DNA of 64,000 bases from Acidobacteriota bacterium (GCA_040755995.1 JBFMAF010000018.1:32001-96000); one strand, 5' to 3'. Numbered from the stretch's first letter, positions 28,320-38,406 are shown. Notes: a model not told the origin generated them from the sequence alone. A program made the numbers and translations.

Positions 28320-30167
28320 ATGCTACCGGAGGAAACGGTGACCCATTCCGCTCCCAACGCAAGCCGGCAGGCATGGCGTGTAGGGCTGGTTGCTGTCGCT
28401 GCGACTCTGGCGATCGCTGTGACGCTGTATCTGTCGTACCATTGGGTTCGGGAGTCGGCGGTGGGGGAGCTCCGTGCGAAGACGCTAGCAATTGCCGTGA
28501 GCGGATCGCTGCTCATCAATGCCGACGATCTCGCTGACGTTCCGCCGTCCAATCCGGACGCGTCGTTGGAGTACATGCAGGTTCTGATGACGCTTCGACG
28601 CATCCAGGATGCGAGCTCCGGCGTCGTCCGCGTGTTTGCGGCGCGGAGGGCTGACGGAGCTGGTGGGGTAATAGTGCTGGTGGACTCCACGGTGGCGGCT
28701 GCGGGCCCACCCAGAGCGTCAAAGCCCGCGTCGGAACTTGCCGAGAAGCGGCACTACTTGAGGATGACACCCGAGCTTCTCGCCGGCTTCGACCGGCCTT
28801 CCGCAGATGCCGGCGTGTCGGAGCTCGACGGCAGGCCGGCCCTTGGAGGGTATGCGCCGATCCAGAGCGCGGGCGGTTCGTTTGTGGGGCTCATAGGTGT
28901 GACCGTCGATGCATCCGGTCTGGCCCGCAAGACCGAACGCGCCCTCGCGTTCCACGCATTGGCCTTCATCCTCCTTCTCCTGGCCTCCGTCCCGGCATCG
29001 GTGCTGTATCTCCGGCGGGAGAGAGTCCTCACGAGGTGCCGGAAGCTCCTCCGCGAGAGCAAGCACGATCTGACCAGGAAGGTCCAGACCGAGAAGGAAT
29101 TGATTCGGAAGAATCGCGAGCTGCAGGTGATCAACGCGATCTCGGAGCAGATGGGACGGTCCTTCGAGCTCAGCAAGAATCTGTACCTGTCGCTGGACCG
29201 CCTGCTCGAGGTGGCGGGCATCGACGGTGCGATCGTGCGCCTGCTCGATCATGAGACACAGGAGCTGTACCTCGCCGCGCACCGAGGCCTGTCACCGCAT
29301 CTTTTCGAGGGGTATCATCGAGTCGCGCTTGGACAGTCGTTCAGCGGCAAGGTCGCGGAGAGCGGGGAGGCGCTTTTTGTGGAAAACATCCCGCCGGCAT
29401 TCGGCGCGCTCAACTCGACACCGTTCGACAGGCGCATCCGTTCCTATGCCATTGTGCCGTTGAAGGTCAAAGACAAGGTGTGGGGAGCTCTCACCCTGTT
29501 CAGTCTCTCGGATCCGAGATTCCCGGGGCTCTACAAGAACCTGATCTTCTCCGCAACGCAGCAGCTCGCCGTCGCCGTCGAGAACGCGACCCTGTTCGAG
29601 AGAGAACGAAACCGCTCGGCGCAGCTCGCGCTCATCGCCGAGCTCGGCCGCCAGGTCCTCGTCACCTTGGATATCGACCAGCTGCTCCAGACGGCCATCG
29701 AGCGCGTACAAAGAGGCTTCCATTTCTTCTTCATCGCCTACTACGAAGTCGACCGCGCTCAGGGGCACGGCGTTTGCAAGGCAGCCGGAGGCGGGTTCTT
29801 CGAAATGGGCCACGGCGATCTCAGCCCGACCCAGCCCTTGGACGAAGGCAACATCTCCATCGCCTATCGTGAGAAGCGAACCGTCTACGTGCCGGATACG
29901 ACGCAGGAATCGAAGTTCTCGAGTCCTGCCGGTTTCCTTGCGAAGTCCGAGCTGGTAGTGCCGGTGCTGCTGGACGGCGAGGTGATCGGGTTGTTCGATC
30001 TCCAGTCCACTATGACCAAGGGGTTCTCGCGCGAAGACATCCTCATGGTGGAGACGCTTGCGGACCAGATCGCCGTCGCCGTCAAGAATCTCAGACACTA
30101 TCGCAAGCTCGAGCGCGCCTACGGCGCGCCGGTTGAGGCCGACCGCGAGAGCTCCGTCGTCGAGTGA
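28320..30167 (+). CDS. Membrane sensor: 2 TM, periplasmic Cache-like domain, tandem GAF, no output domain
   Basis: TMs flank GYAPI..GLIGVTVD; two GAFs (QQLAVAVENA, SELVVP...LADQIAVAVKN). Confidence 0.82.
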   Translation: MLPEETVTHSAPNASRQAWRVGLVAVAATLAIAVTLYLSYHWVRESAVGELRAKTLAIAVSGSLLINADDLADVPPSNPDASLEYMQVLMTLRRIQDASSGVVRVFAARRADGAGGVIVLVDSTVAAAGPPRASKPASELAEKRHYLRMTPELLAGFDRPSADAGVSELDGRPALGGYAPIQSAGGSFVGLIGVTVDASGLARKTERALAFHALAFILLLLASVPASVLYLRRERVLTRCRKLLRESKHDLTRKVQTEKELIRKNRELQVINAISEQMGRSFELSKNLYLSLDRLLEVAGIDGAIVRLLDHETQELYLAAHRGLSPHLFEGYHRVALGQSFSGKVAESGEALFVENIPPAFGALNSTPFDRRIRSYAIVPLKVKDKVWGALTLFSLSDPRFPGLYKNLIFSATQQLAVAVENATLFERERNRSAQLALIAELGRQVLVTLDIDQLLQTAIERVQRGFHFFFIAYYEVDRAQGHGVCKAAGGGFFEMGHGDLSPTQPLDEGNISIAYREKRTVYVPDTTQESKFSSPAGFLAKSELVVPVLLDGEVIGLFDLQSTMTKGFSREDILMVETLADQIAVAVKNLRHYRKLERAYGAPVEADRESSVVE

Positions 30168-30341
30168 TCGGCGGTCCGCTGCCACAGGGACCCGCGTGCC
30201 GCGGCCGTCGGCCGAACAGTGCCTCGCGCCGTCGAAAGCCGCGCCGTAACTACGTCGAACGCAGCACGTTGTTGTGACACCAGTGTACGGCCGAGGTGAC
30301 AGCCACGGAAGCAAGCGACCGGTTTTCTTGGGGATGCGCGA

Positions 30342-30357
30342 TGGCACGGAGTGTGCA
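30342..30357 (+). promoter_or_regulatory. Sigma54 promoter
   Basis: TGGCACGGAGTGTGCA with GG-N10-GC spacing, 30 nt before ATG 30387. Confidence 0.7.
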
Positions 30358-30386
30358 TGGAACGGTAGTGCGGAGGTAAGACGATC

Positions 30387-30890
30387 ATGAGAAAGCGATG
30401 GTTGGGTGCAACGGTGCTGGTACTGGCGATCTCTATGGCCGGCGTCGCGGACCAGACGACGGCGGGGAGGGCCCGAGGCAAGCAGGCAGGGAACCGCGCC
30501 AGCGTCATAGAAAAGAAGACGGGAGATGGTCGGGAAGCGGCGCCGGCGGGCGAGCTGGCTGAGTACGGCTACGCGCCTCGCGTGACCCTGTCATTTCCTT
30601 CAACACTCTTCAGCGGCCGCGAGACGGCAGGAGTAATGACCTGGAAGGATCCGGACGACAAAGTCGTGTCGGTCTTCCTCACTGTGTTCTTCCACGACGG
30701 GGACGCGGCAACGGTGACGCTGTTCGACACGCGCGAAGGTGACATAGCGGCCAGCACCGGCCGGATCACGTTCGGCATAACGCCGGCCGGCTACGACCCG
30801 CCTCTTGGCAGCAACGGGTTTCTGATCGTGACGGTAACGGACCAGACGCTTAACATCACGCAGATGTCGGCGAGCTTCCTGGTGAGGTAG
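30387..30890 (+). CDS. Hypothetical secreted protein with beta-rich C-terminus
   Basis: GGAGG RBS, signal peptide MRKRWLGATVLVLAISMAGVA. Confidence 0.7.
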   Translation: MRKRWLGATVLVLAISMAGVADQTTAGRARGKQAGNRASVIEKKTGDGREAAPAGELAEYGYAPRVTLSFPSTLFSGRETAGVMTWKDPDDKVVSVFLTVFFHDGDAATVTLFDTREGDIAASTGRITFGITPAGYDPPLGSNGFLIVTVTDQTLNITQMSASFLVR

Positions 30891-30992
30891 TCGATGGAAT
30901 CGATCGAAGGCCGTCCTGCGCGGGTCAACTGAAGGTGAGATCAATGGGGAGGCTCATTGAGGGCAGCCCCGGCGAGCCCGCGCAGGAGAGCC

Positions 30993-32411
30993 TCAACCGG
31001 AGGCGCTGCCGGTCCCGCGGCGTATTCCCCCTTCGGTCATGCCGCGTGCATCAAGCAGGCGGTCCGCTTCTTCCGGACTCAACAATCCCTTCTCTATAAC
31101 GATCTGCCTGATCGGCTTGCCTGTCTCGAGAGATTCCTTCGCAACCGCAGCCGCATTCATGTAGCCGATCGCCGGATTCAATGCGGTGACCAGGATTGCG
31201 TTCTTCGCGAGCCATGCCTCCGCCTTCTCTCGATTCGCGACGATGCCCACTACGCAGTTCCGAGTGAACGTCGATATCGCGCCGATCAGCACTTGCATCA
31301 TCTCGAACAGGTTGTGGGCGATGATGGGCATCATGACGTTGAGCTCGAGCTGCCCCGCCGCGGCCGCCAGGGCCACAGCGTGATCGCACCCCTGCACGTG
31401 GAAGCACGCCATGTTGAGCATCTCTGCAAGGACGGGGTTCACCTTGCCGGGCATTATGCTCGAACCCGGCTGAACCGCCGGCAGGCGGATCTCGTCGAGC
31501 CCGGTATTCGGCCCCGACGCGAGCAGCCGCAGATCGTTGGCGATACGAGCCAGAGTGATGCACAGCGTCCTCATCGAAGCGGAGAAATCGGCGGGATCGG
31601 CCATGCTCTGCATGGACTCGAACAAGTTGCCTGAAGACCGCAGAGGTTCTCCGGTGAGCTCGGTCAGCCGCTTCACCATTCGCGCGTGATACTCGGGATG
31701 GGCGTTGAGGCCCGTCCCGGCCGCGGTGCCTCCGATTCCGATTCTGCGCAATCGATCGCCGCTCGTCGCGAGACGCTCGCGGTCATGCCGCAAGGCCTGC
31801 GCATAGGCGCCGAACTCCTGGCCCAGCCGCATGGGCACCGCGTCCTGCAGATGCGTCCGGCCGGACTTCAGCACGTCGTCGAACTCGCGCGCCTTGGCGC
31901 CGAGGGCGTCGGCCAGCAGGTCGACCGCGCTGACCAGCTCGTCGAGGCGCCAGAGACATCCGAGCCGAATCGCAGTCGGTATCGTGTCGTTTGTGCTCTG
32001 CGACATGTTGACGTGGTCATTAGGCCGGACCGGCCTGTTGGGATCATCGAGCGAGTAACCCAGTATCTGGGCGGCACGATTCGCGATCACCTCGTTGGCG
32101 TTCATGTTGTGGCTCGTGCCGGCTCCGGCCTGGAACGGATCCACCACGAAGTGCTCGTCCAGCTTTCCGTCGATCACTTCCTGCGCGGCATCTATCACGG
32201 CGTCCGCAAGCCCTGTTTCCAGAAGCTCCAGATCTCTGTTCACCTCCGCCGCGGCCCGCTTGATCACGCCCATCGACCAGATGAACGCGCGATACGGCCT
32301 CTTGCCTGAGACGGGGAAGTTCAGCACGGCGCGCTGTGTCTGCGCGCCGTACAGGGCGCCCGCCGGTACGCGCACGTCGCCGAGCGAGTCGCGCTCGATC
32401 CGGTCTGCCAT
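30993..32411 (-). CDS. aspA: Aspartate ammonia-lyase (fumarase/aspartase family)
   Basis: RIERDSLG, YGAQTQRA, GTSHNMNANEV, SQSTND, GRTHLQDAVP, GSSIMPGKVNP. Class II fumarase not excluded. Confidence 0.8.
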   Translation of the reverse strand: MADRIERDSLGDVRVPAGALYGAQTQRAVLNFPVSGKRPYRAFIWSMGVIKRAAAEVNRDLELLETGLADAVIDAAQEVIDGKLDEHFVVDPFQAGAGTSHNMNANEVIANRAAQILGYSLDDPNRPVRPNDHVNMSQSTNDTIPTAIRLGCLWRLDELVSAVDLLADALGAKAREFDDVLKSGRTHLQDAVPMRLGQEFGAYAQALRHDRERLATSGDRLRRIGIGGTAAGTGLNAHPEYHARMVKRLTELTGEPLRSSGNLFESMQSMADPADFSASMRTLCITLARIANDLRLLASGPNTGLDEIRLPAVQPGSSIMPGKVNPVLAEMLNMACFHVQGCDHAVALAAAAGQLELNVMMPIIAHNLFEMMQVLIGAISTFTRNCVVGIVANREKAEAWLAKNAILVTALNPAIGYMNAAAVAKESLETGKPIRQIVIEKGLLSPEEADRLLDARGMTEGGIRRGTGSASG

Positions 32412-32431
32412 CGCCGCGCTCGCCGCGACCG

Positions 32432-32851
32432 TCAACCCATCAGGTCGGCACTCGAGAAGAAGAACGCCAGCTCCGTCCGCGCGGTCTCGGGCGCATCCGA
32501 TCCGTGAATGGCGTTGCGCTCGACGTTCGTCCCGAACTGCGCTCGGATGGTACCCTTCTCGGCCTTGGCCGAGTCGGTGGCGCCCATGACTTTCCGGAGA
32601 TGTTCGATGGCGTTCTCGCGTTCAAGCGCCAGCACCCACACAGGCCCGGACGTCATGAAGCTCACCAATGATGAGTAGAAGGGCCGTTCGCGATGAACTG
32701 CATAAAAGGTCCTGGCCTGCTCCTCCGTCAAGCGCGTCTTCCGCGCTGCCAGGATCTCGAAGTCCTCGTGCTCCAGTCGCTGAATGATCGCTCCGACGTT
32801 GCGACGCGCCACCGTGTCTGGTTTGAGAATCGTCAGTGTCTGCTGCTTCAT
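32432..32851 (-). CDS. ndk: Nucleoside diphosphate kinase
   Basis: TLTILKPD, FYAVH.ERPF, GTIRA.FG, NAIHGSD. Confidence 0.96.
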   Translation of the reverse strand: MKQQTLTILKPDTVARRNVGAIIQRLEHEDFEILAARKTRLTEEQARTFYAVHRERPFYSSLVSFMTSGPVWVLALERENAIEHLRKVMGATDSAKAEKGTIRAQFGTNVERNAIHGSDAPETARTELAFFFSSADLMG

Positions 32852-33021
32852 TCGTGATCTGCCTCCTGCGGTGCCGACCGCCACGCTCTCTGCTCGCGGT
32901 GTTCGTTCTCGAGGTAGTCTCATGTCCTCTCGCTCTCGTCGTGCCTCGGCCGTCGTCTGGTGCAGGATGCTGTCCCTCCTGGGTGCTCCCGCCGCATCCC
33001 CGGGCTCCCGGGCACGCCGTC

Positions 33022-33050
33022 AAGATAATGACCGGTCGGCGAAATGTCAA
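33022..33050 (-). promoter_or_regulatory. Sigma70-type promoter for ndk-aspA
   Basis: TTGACA-N17-TATCTT. Confidence 0.6.
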
Positions 33051-33161
33051 GAATAGTTGACGGTTGACAGTTGTCGGTTGTCAGTTGTCAGTGGCCCTGC
33101 TAGCATGCACGAGATGTGAGTCTGAGGTCGCGGACCACTTGCTTAGCAGGAGATACCCATC

Positions 33162-34130
33162 ATGCACTTTCCTGTGTCCGGCGTGGACGTGAATCCGTTC
33201 ATCCCGCCGCTTGTTTCATTCGTGGTCGCCACGTGCACGACACCGGCAGGTGTTTCGGGCGCGTTCCTTCTGCTGCCCTTCCAGGTCAGCGTGCTCGGGT
33301 TCACCACTCCGGCGGTGAGTCCGACGAATCTCATCTACAACATCATCGCCATACCCGGCGGTCTATATCGCTACATCCGCGATCGGCGGATGGCGTGGCC
33401 GCTGACGTGGGTGGTGATCACGGCCACGCTGCCGGGCGTTTTCGTCGGGGGCTGGTTGCGCATCCACTACTTTCTGAACCCCCGCGCGTTCAAGCTCTTC
33501 GTCGGTCTAGTGCTGCTGTACCTGGGCGGGCGTCTTCTCTACGAGACGACTGGGCGGTATCTCAGCCGCAAGAGCGAGCTCAGTACGGTGGAGAGGAAGT
33601 TCCAGGAGAGGGTGCGGGAGTTGAAAGCTGCCGGGCAGTCGAGGCTTGCAGAGGGCCTGCCTGCTGAGGCGGTAGTGAAGGCCAAGTCATGGTCGCTTCG
33701 CAAAATCGAGTACACGTTCTGGGGCGAGACATTCTCGTTCAGTACGATCGCCGTGTTCATCCTCGCGCTCGTCGTCGGGATCATCGGCGGCATATACGGA
33801 ATCGGCGGCGGCGCCATCATCGCTCCGTTTGTGGTCTCGGTGCTGGGGCTGCCGATCTACACGGTTGCCGGGGCCGCGCTGGCCGGGACATTCCTGACCT
33901 CGATCGCGGGCGTGGCGTTCTTCCAGGGGTTGGGTGCTACGGGCGCCAGTGCGCACCTGGCCGTCAGCCCCGACTGGCTGCTCGGCCTGCTCTTCGGCAT
34001 CGGCGGCTTCCTTGGCACGTACTGCGGCGCGCGCCTCCAGCGCTACATGCCCGAGCGCCTCATCCGAGGCGTGCTCGGAGTCATCGTTACCGTCCTGGCG
34101 CTTCAGTACGTCGTACAGTACTTCCTCTGA
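33162..34130 (+). CDS. TauE/SafE-family (sulfite exporter-like) membrane protein
   Basis: GVSGAFLLLP and GGIYGIGGGAIIAP repeats, about 8 TMs. Confidence 0.85.
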   Translation: MHFPVSGVDVNPFIPPLVSFVVATCTTPAGVSGAFLLLPFQVSVLGFTTPAVSPTNLIYNIIAIPGGLYRYIRDRRMAWPLTWVVITATLPGVFVGGWLRIHYFLNPRAFKLFVGLVLLYLGGRLLYETTGRYLSRKSELSTVERKFQERVRELKAAGQSRLAEGLPAEAVVKAKSWSLRKIEYTFWGETFSFSTIAVFILALVVGIIGGIYGIGGGAIIAPFVVSVLGLPIYTVAGAALAGTFLTSIAGVAFFQGLGATGASAHLAVSPDWLLGLLFGIGGFLGTYCGARLQRYMPERLIRGVLGVIVTVLALQYVVQYFL

Positions 34131-34175
34131 TCTGCGAGGTCCCGCCCCAGGCACCCCGCACAGGGTAGCCCGTCG

Positions 34176-34850
34176 TCAGATCAATCGATTGCGGATCGCC
34201 TTTGCCACGGCCTCCGACTTAGAGTGCACCTGGAGTTTCTCATAGATGTTCCGCACGTGGAATCCCACGGTGTGAACGCTGCAGCCGAGCTGTGCTGCGG
34301 CGCTCTTGTGGCTGTGGCCGTCGCCCAGCATCTTGAGCAGCCGGCTCTCGTGCGGTGTCAGCTGGCACTCGGCCCGCTCCACGGGGCGGATTTCGCGAAA
34401 GAGCTTAATGACTCTCGTGGCGACCTCGGGAGACATCGGAGCTCCGCCGGCGGCTGCTTCCTTGAGGCATTCGATGAGACGCCCGGGAGGAGTCTTCTTG
34501 AGCAGATAGCCCGACGCGCCGGCGCAAAGCGCGTCGAAGATGCGTTCATCGTCCTCGTAGACTGTCAGGGCCACGAAGGACATACGCGGCCACCGCTCTT
34601 TCAGCAGCCGTATTCCGTCGATCCCATTCATCCCGGGCAATCCGATATCCATGAGCACGATGTCGGGAAGGTCGGACGGCATTCTCGAGACGGCCTCCTC
34701 GACACTCCCGTAGGATCCGGTGCAGCGGTACCCTTCGGTGTTTTCGATCAGGAACGCCAGCCCTTCTCGAATCCCCACCTGGTCCTCCACGATCGCGACC
34801 GCCATTTCCCGTGCCTGGCTGTCGGCCTCCATCTGTCGAACCGCCGTCAT
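34176..34850 (-). CDS. NarL/LuxR-family response regulator
   Basis: IVED, LMDIGLPGMNG, GYLLK, LTPHE...HVRNIYEKLQV.SKSEAV. Confidence 0.93.
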   Translation of the reverse strand: MTAVRQMEADSQAREMAVAIVEDQVGIREGLAFLIENTEGYRCTGSYGSVEEAVSRMPSDLPDIVLMDIGLPGMNGIDGIRLLKERWPRMSFVALTVYEDDERIFDALCAGASGYLLKKTPPGRLIECLKEAAAGGAPMSPEVATRVIKLFREIRPVERAECQLTPHESRLLKMLGDGHSHKSAAAQLGCSVHTVGFHVRNIYEKLQVHSKSEAVAKAIRNRLI

Positions 34851-34903
34851 CTGCTCCCTCCTTGCTCCTCCCAGAGCTTAGCGTATCCGCGCGCCGGGTG
34901 CAC

Positions 34904-34919
34904 CTACGTATTCACGTAG
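34904..34919. promoter_or_regulatory. Inverted repeat CTACGT-N4-ACGTAG, candidate response-regulator site
   Basis: Identical copy at 41906-41921; related sites at 35073-35089 and 42041-42057 sit upstream of a conserved CATACT. Confidence 0.6.
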
Positions 34920-35150
34920 CTGCCTCCCGGAGGGATCCGCACCCCTGAGTACTGGATCACGCGGGCACCTGGCCGGCTCGCAGACGCGAAGCAGGCCGCT
35001 GCGGTGGGCTCGCTCGCAACGACGAAGGGTACGGGCGCGCGTCGAAATGCCGCGCGCCTTGTCGCTACACACCTACGCACTTGCGTGAGTGACAGAGGGT
35101 GTCGGCCGTGCGAGCATACTGGACGAGGCGAGAAGAAGGGAGGAAACAGC

Positions 35151-37304
35151 ATGATTCACAAGCATTGTGGGGCTACGGCTATCACAGCTGCGGTTGCGGC
35201 GCTGCTCACGGCATGGACGGCGCCCGTGTCCGGCGGTGTGCCGGATGCGCGATACGCCAACGCACGTCTGCAGTTCACTGCCGGGGGGCACGCGCTCGGG
35301 TTCGACCGGGGTGCGATTCACCTGGCGTCGCAAGACCACATGCTGAGAGTGGAGATGGTGGGCGCGAGGGGCATGGAACCCGTGGTGGAGAGCGATGGCG
35401 GGCCTGTGGACCAGGGGACGGCTGGTCAGCAACTGGGACGGCTCCGCTACCCTGATGCGTGGGACGGGGTTAGCGTGGTGCACGAGGGCACCGACCAGTC
35501 CGTGCTGAGAAGCAGCTATCAGATCGCTGCCGGTGCGGGCAAGGCGGCAATCGAGCGCATACGCCTTCGCTACAACCGTCCGGTGCGCGTGGACGATCGC
35601 GGCAACGTGGCGATCTCTTACGAGAGCGGTGAGATGATCGCGAGCGATCCTGTCGCATGGCAAGAGACAGAGAGCGGGCGGACTGCGGTCCGGGCCGACT
35701 ATGGCATTCTGGGCGAAACGGAGGTGGGGTTCGAGGTGGGGGCATACGATCCGAACCTCCCGCTCATCATCGACGGCGAGCTGAGCTGGAACACGTTTCT
35801 GGGCTGTAGTGACGGGGACCATGCAGCAGGTATTGCGGTGGACAGCAGTGGGAATGTGTACGTGACGGGCGGCAGCCAGGGGTCGTGGGGCTCGCCAGTC
35901 AGGCCGTACGCAGCGTTTGGCGATGCGTTCGTCGCGAAGCTGGATGCGAGTGGGTCGCTGGTCTGGAATACGTTCATCGGCGGAAACGGTTTGGATTCTG
36001 GATATGGCATTGCGGTGGACAGCAGCGGATGCGCGTACGTAACGGGGTCCAGCACTGAATCCTGGGGCTCGCCCATGAGGCTCCACACCGGCAGTTTTGA
36101 TGCCTTCGCTGCGAAGCTGGATGCGAACGGGTGGCTGGTCTGGAACACGTTCCTGGGCGACTTGAGCATGGACTCCGGAGCAGGCATAGCGGTTGACGGG
36201 TACGGGAACGCCTACGTCACGGGATACAGCATTGGATCATGGGGCTCTCCCGTGCGGCCTTACACCGGGTATTTCGACGCCTTCGCCGCCAAGCTCAATG
36301 CCACTGGAACGCTGCTGTGGAACACCTTCCTCGGCGGCAGCCCCGGTGACATCGGGAACGGAATCGCAGTTGACGGTGCTGGAAACGCCTACGTCACGGG
36401 GTCCAGCAATGGATCATGGGGCTCCCCCGTGAGGGCGTACACGGCGGACGAGGACGCCTTCGCGGCTAAGTTGGACGCGGCCGGAGCGCTGGTTTGGAAC
36501 ACCTTCCTCGGCGCCAGCGCCGTCCGGAACACTCACCTGGGCGGTAGTAAGGCCAATGACAGCGGGGAAGGTATCGCGGTTGACGGGGCTGGAAACGCCT
36601 ATGTCACTGGACACAGCTGTGGATCATGGGGCGCGCCGGTCAGCCCCTACAACGCGGGCGACGACGCCTTCGCCGCAAAGCTGGATCCGAACGGAGTGCT
36701 GGTCTGGAATAGCTTCCTTGGCGGCACCGGGGGTGACTATGGATCTGGCATCGCGGTTGACGGCGCTGGAAACGCGTACGTCACGGGACAGAGCGGTGCC
36801 GCCTGGGGCTCTCCCGTGCGGGCCTTCACCGGGGAGAACGACGCGTTTGCTGCGAAGCTGAACGCCGGCGGGTCGGTCCTCTGGGGCACCTTCCTGGGGG
36901 GCAGTCAAGATGACGAGGGGCGTGGGATTTGCGTGGACACCAGTCGAAACGCATACGTGGCAGGCATCAGCCATACATCCTGGGGCTCACCCGTCAGGGC
37001 ACACGCGGGAGAAGCTGATGCATTCGTCGCGAAGCTCGTGCAGAATCCCCCAGCCCCGACGATCACGCAGATCAAGTCGAAGCGCGCCACGCCGGGCAGC
37101 AAGGCCACGATCGTCGGCACCGGGTTCTCGACCACCAAGAACGACAACGTCGTGTACTTCGGCAAGAAGAAGGCCGAGATAACGAGGGCCAGAGCGACCA
37201 GGCTCAACGTGAAGATCCCGTCGAATTGCAAGAAAGGGAAGGTCAACGTGTACGCGACCGTCAAGGGGATCAAGAGTAACATCGTGCAGTTCACGGTGAA
37301 ATAG
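35151..37304 (+). CDS. Secreted SBBP beta-propeller repeat protein with C-terminal IPT/TIG domain
   Basis: Signal peptide, GAYDPNLPLIID, seven repeats WNTFLG..D.G.GIAVD..GNAYVTG...DAFAAKL, then PTITQI...GTGFS...VYFG. Confidence 0.9.
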   Translation: MIHKHCGATAITAAVAALLTAWTAPVSGGVPDARYANARLQFTAGGHALGFDRGAIHLASQDHMLRVEMVGARGMEPVVESDGGPVDQGTAGQQLGRLRYPDAWDGVSVVHEGTDQSVLRSSYQIAAGAGKAAIERIRLRYNRPVRVDDRGNVAISYESGEMIASDPVAWQETESGRTAVRADYGILGETEVGFEVGAYDPNLPLIIDGELSWNTFLGCSDGDHAAGIAVDSSGNVYVTGGSQGSWGSPVRPYAAFGDAFVAKLDASGSLVWNTFIGGNGLDSGYGIAVDSSGCAYVTGSSTESWGSPMRLHTGSFDAFAAKLDANGWLVWNTFLGDLSMDSGAGIAVDGYGNAYVTGYSIGSWGSPVRPYTGYFDAFAAKLNATGTLLWNTFLGGSPGDIGNGIAVDGAGNAYVTGSSNGSWGSPVRAYTADEDAFAAKLDAAGALVWNTFLGASAVRNTHLGGSKANDSGEGIAVDGAGNAYVTGHSCGSWGAPVSPYNAGDDAFAAKLDPNGVLVWNSFLGGTGGDYGSGIAVDGAGNAYVTGQSGAAWGSPVRAFTGENDAFAAKLNAGGSVLWGTFLGGSQDDEGRGICVDTSRNAYVAGISHTSWGSPVRAHAGEADAFVAKLVQNPPAPTITQIKSKRATPGSKATIVGTGFSTTKNDNVVYFGKKKAEITRARATRLNVKIPSNCKKGKVNVYATVKGIKSNIVQFTVK

Positions 37305-37471
37305 CGTCTCTCTTCATCACAGGGAGGCGGCGCGGGCTACCCACGTAACAACGCGAACAGAGACATTTCCCTATGGATCAAGCGATGGAATGCCCCGGGG
37401 CAGCCGGGCCCGCGTCGCTTCGAATTCGATCGGGCATTGTGTTGATTCTCACATTACAAGGAGGTAAGGTA

Positions 37472-38251
37472 ATGAACAAGCGTGCGATCCTGGCGCTCCT
37501 GGCGGCCTCAGGCCTCATGGTGTGCCTCTCATTCGCGCAGGAGGCCGCCCAGCTGGAAGGCGCGGCCCTGGGCAACACCCAGGCCGGTTGGAGATGGTGC
37601 AGCAAGTGCGACGGCCTGCACTTCATCACCAACGGCCTCGGCTCCTGCCCCGCCGGTGGGACGCACAGTACGAGCGGGAGCGGCACCTACGTGCTCGTGA
37701 ACAACGATGCCAAGGCCCAAGGCCAGCACGGGTGGCGCTACTGCTTCCGGTGCGATGGGCTGTTCTACCCCGGCTCGGACAATGGCGTCTGTCCCGCCGG
37801 TGGCGCCCACGACGCCACGGGGAGCGGTGACTACTGCCTCATTGCCGGCGTCCAGGCGCAGGTTGGTCAAAGCGGTTGGCGATTCTGCAACAAGTGCAAC
37901 GGTCTCCACTACGCCGCCAGCGCCCCATACGGGACATGCCCCGCCGGTGGCCAACACACCACGACTGGCTCCGGCGAGTACATGCTGTTGAGCGAATCCA
38001 AGCTCCCGACCCTCTGGGGCAAGGTGACCAACTCCGCCGCGCAGCCGGTAGCCAATGCACAGGTGCAGGCAACCAAGGGCGGCGCCACTCTCAAGACCAA
38101 GACGAAGGCCGACGGGACCTACTGCTTCACCGGGATCACATTGGGCAAGAACACTATCAAGGCCACCAAGAAGAAAGTCGGCGATGCGACGGGAACCGTC
38201 AAGATCAAGACCGGCGACACGAAGAGCGTCAATCTTGAGCTGAAGAAATAG
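37472..38251 (+). CDS. Secreted Cys3His-repeat protein with carboxypeptidase-regulatory-like C-terminal domain (copy A)
   Basis: AGGAGG RBS, signal peptide, three repeats Q.GWR.CxxC.GL...G.CPAGG.H...GSG.Y, then GKVT...ADGTY.F.G. Confidence 0.85.
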   Translation: MNKRAILALLAASGLMVCLSFAQEAAQLEGAALGNTQAGWRWCSKCDGLHFITNGLGSCPAGGTHSTSGSGTYVLVNNDAKAQGQHGWRYCFRCDGLFYPGSDNGVCPAGGAHDATGSGDYCLIAGVQAQVGQSGWRFCNKCNGLHYAASAPYGTCPAGGQHTTTGSGEYMLLSESKLPTLWGKVTNSAAQPVANAQVQATKGGATLKTKTKADGTYCFTGITLGKNTIKATKKKVGDATGTVKIKTGDTKSVNLELKK

Positions 38252-38266
38252 CGCTGCTTCCTCCGA

Positions 38267-38318
38267 GAGGCGTCGCCCAGGGGCACGAGGCACCGAGCGG
38301 TCCCTGCGGCGACGCCTC
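38267..38318. repeat. Hairpin conserved downstream of both Cys-rich paralogues
   Basis: CGTCGCCCAGGG...CCCTGYGGCGACG here and at 42994-43044. Confidence 0.6.
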
Positions 38319-38343
38319 GCCTCAAGAGATCGCCGCGATACTC

Positions 38344-38406
38344 CGATGCGAGGTGCGTGGTCGAGGACGAATTCGGGCGGATCTACGTCGGGACATCCTG
38401 CAGCGT
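38344..38406 (+). pseudogene. 63-bp remnant of the histidine kinase gene
   Basis: 62/63 nt identical to 45042-45104 (DARCVVEDEFGRIYVGTSCS). Confidence 0.85.

Noticed and set aside
35780..37040. Periodic DNA repeats resembling an array
   Set aside because: They are coding SBBP repeats; there is no CRISPR repeat-spacer structure and no cas gene.
37472..38251. Cys-rich repeats as c-type cytochrome or RiPP precursor
   Set aside because: Motifs are CxxC(D/N/K/Q), not CxxCH; no modifying enzymes are adjacent.
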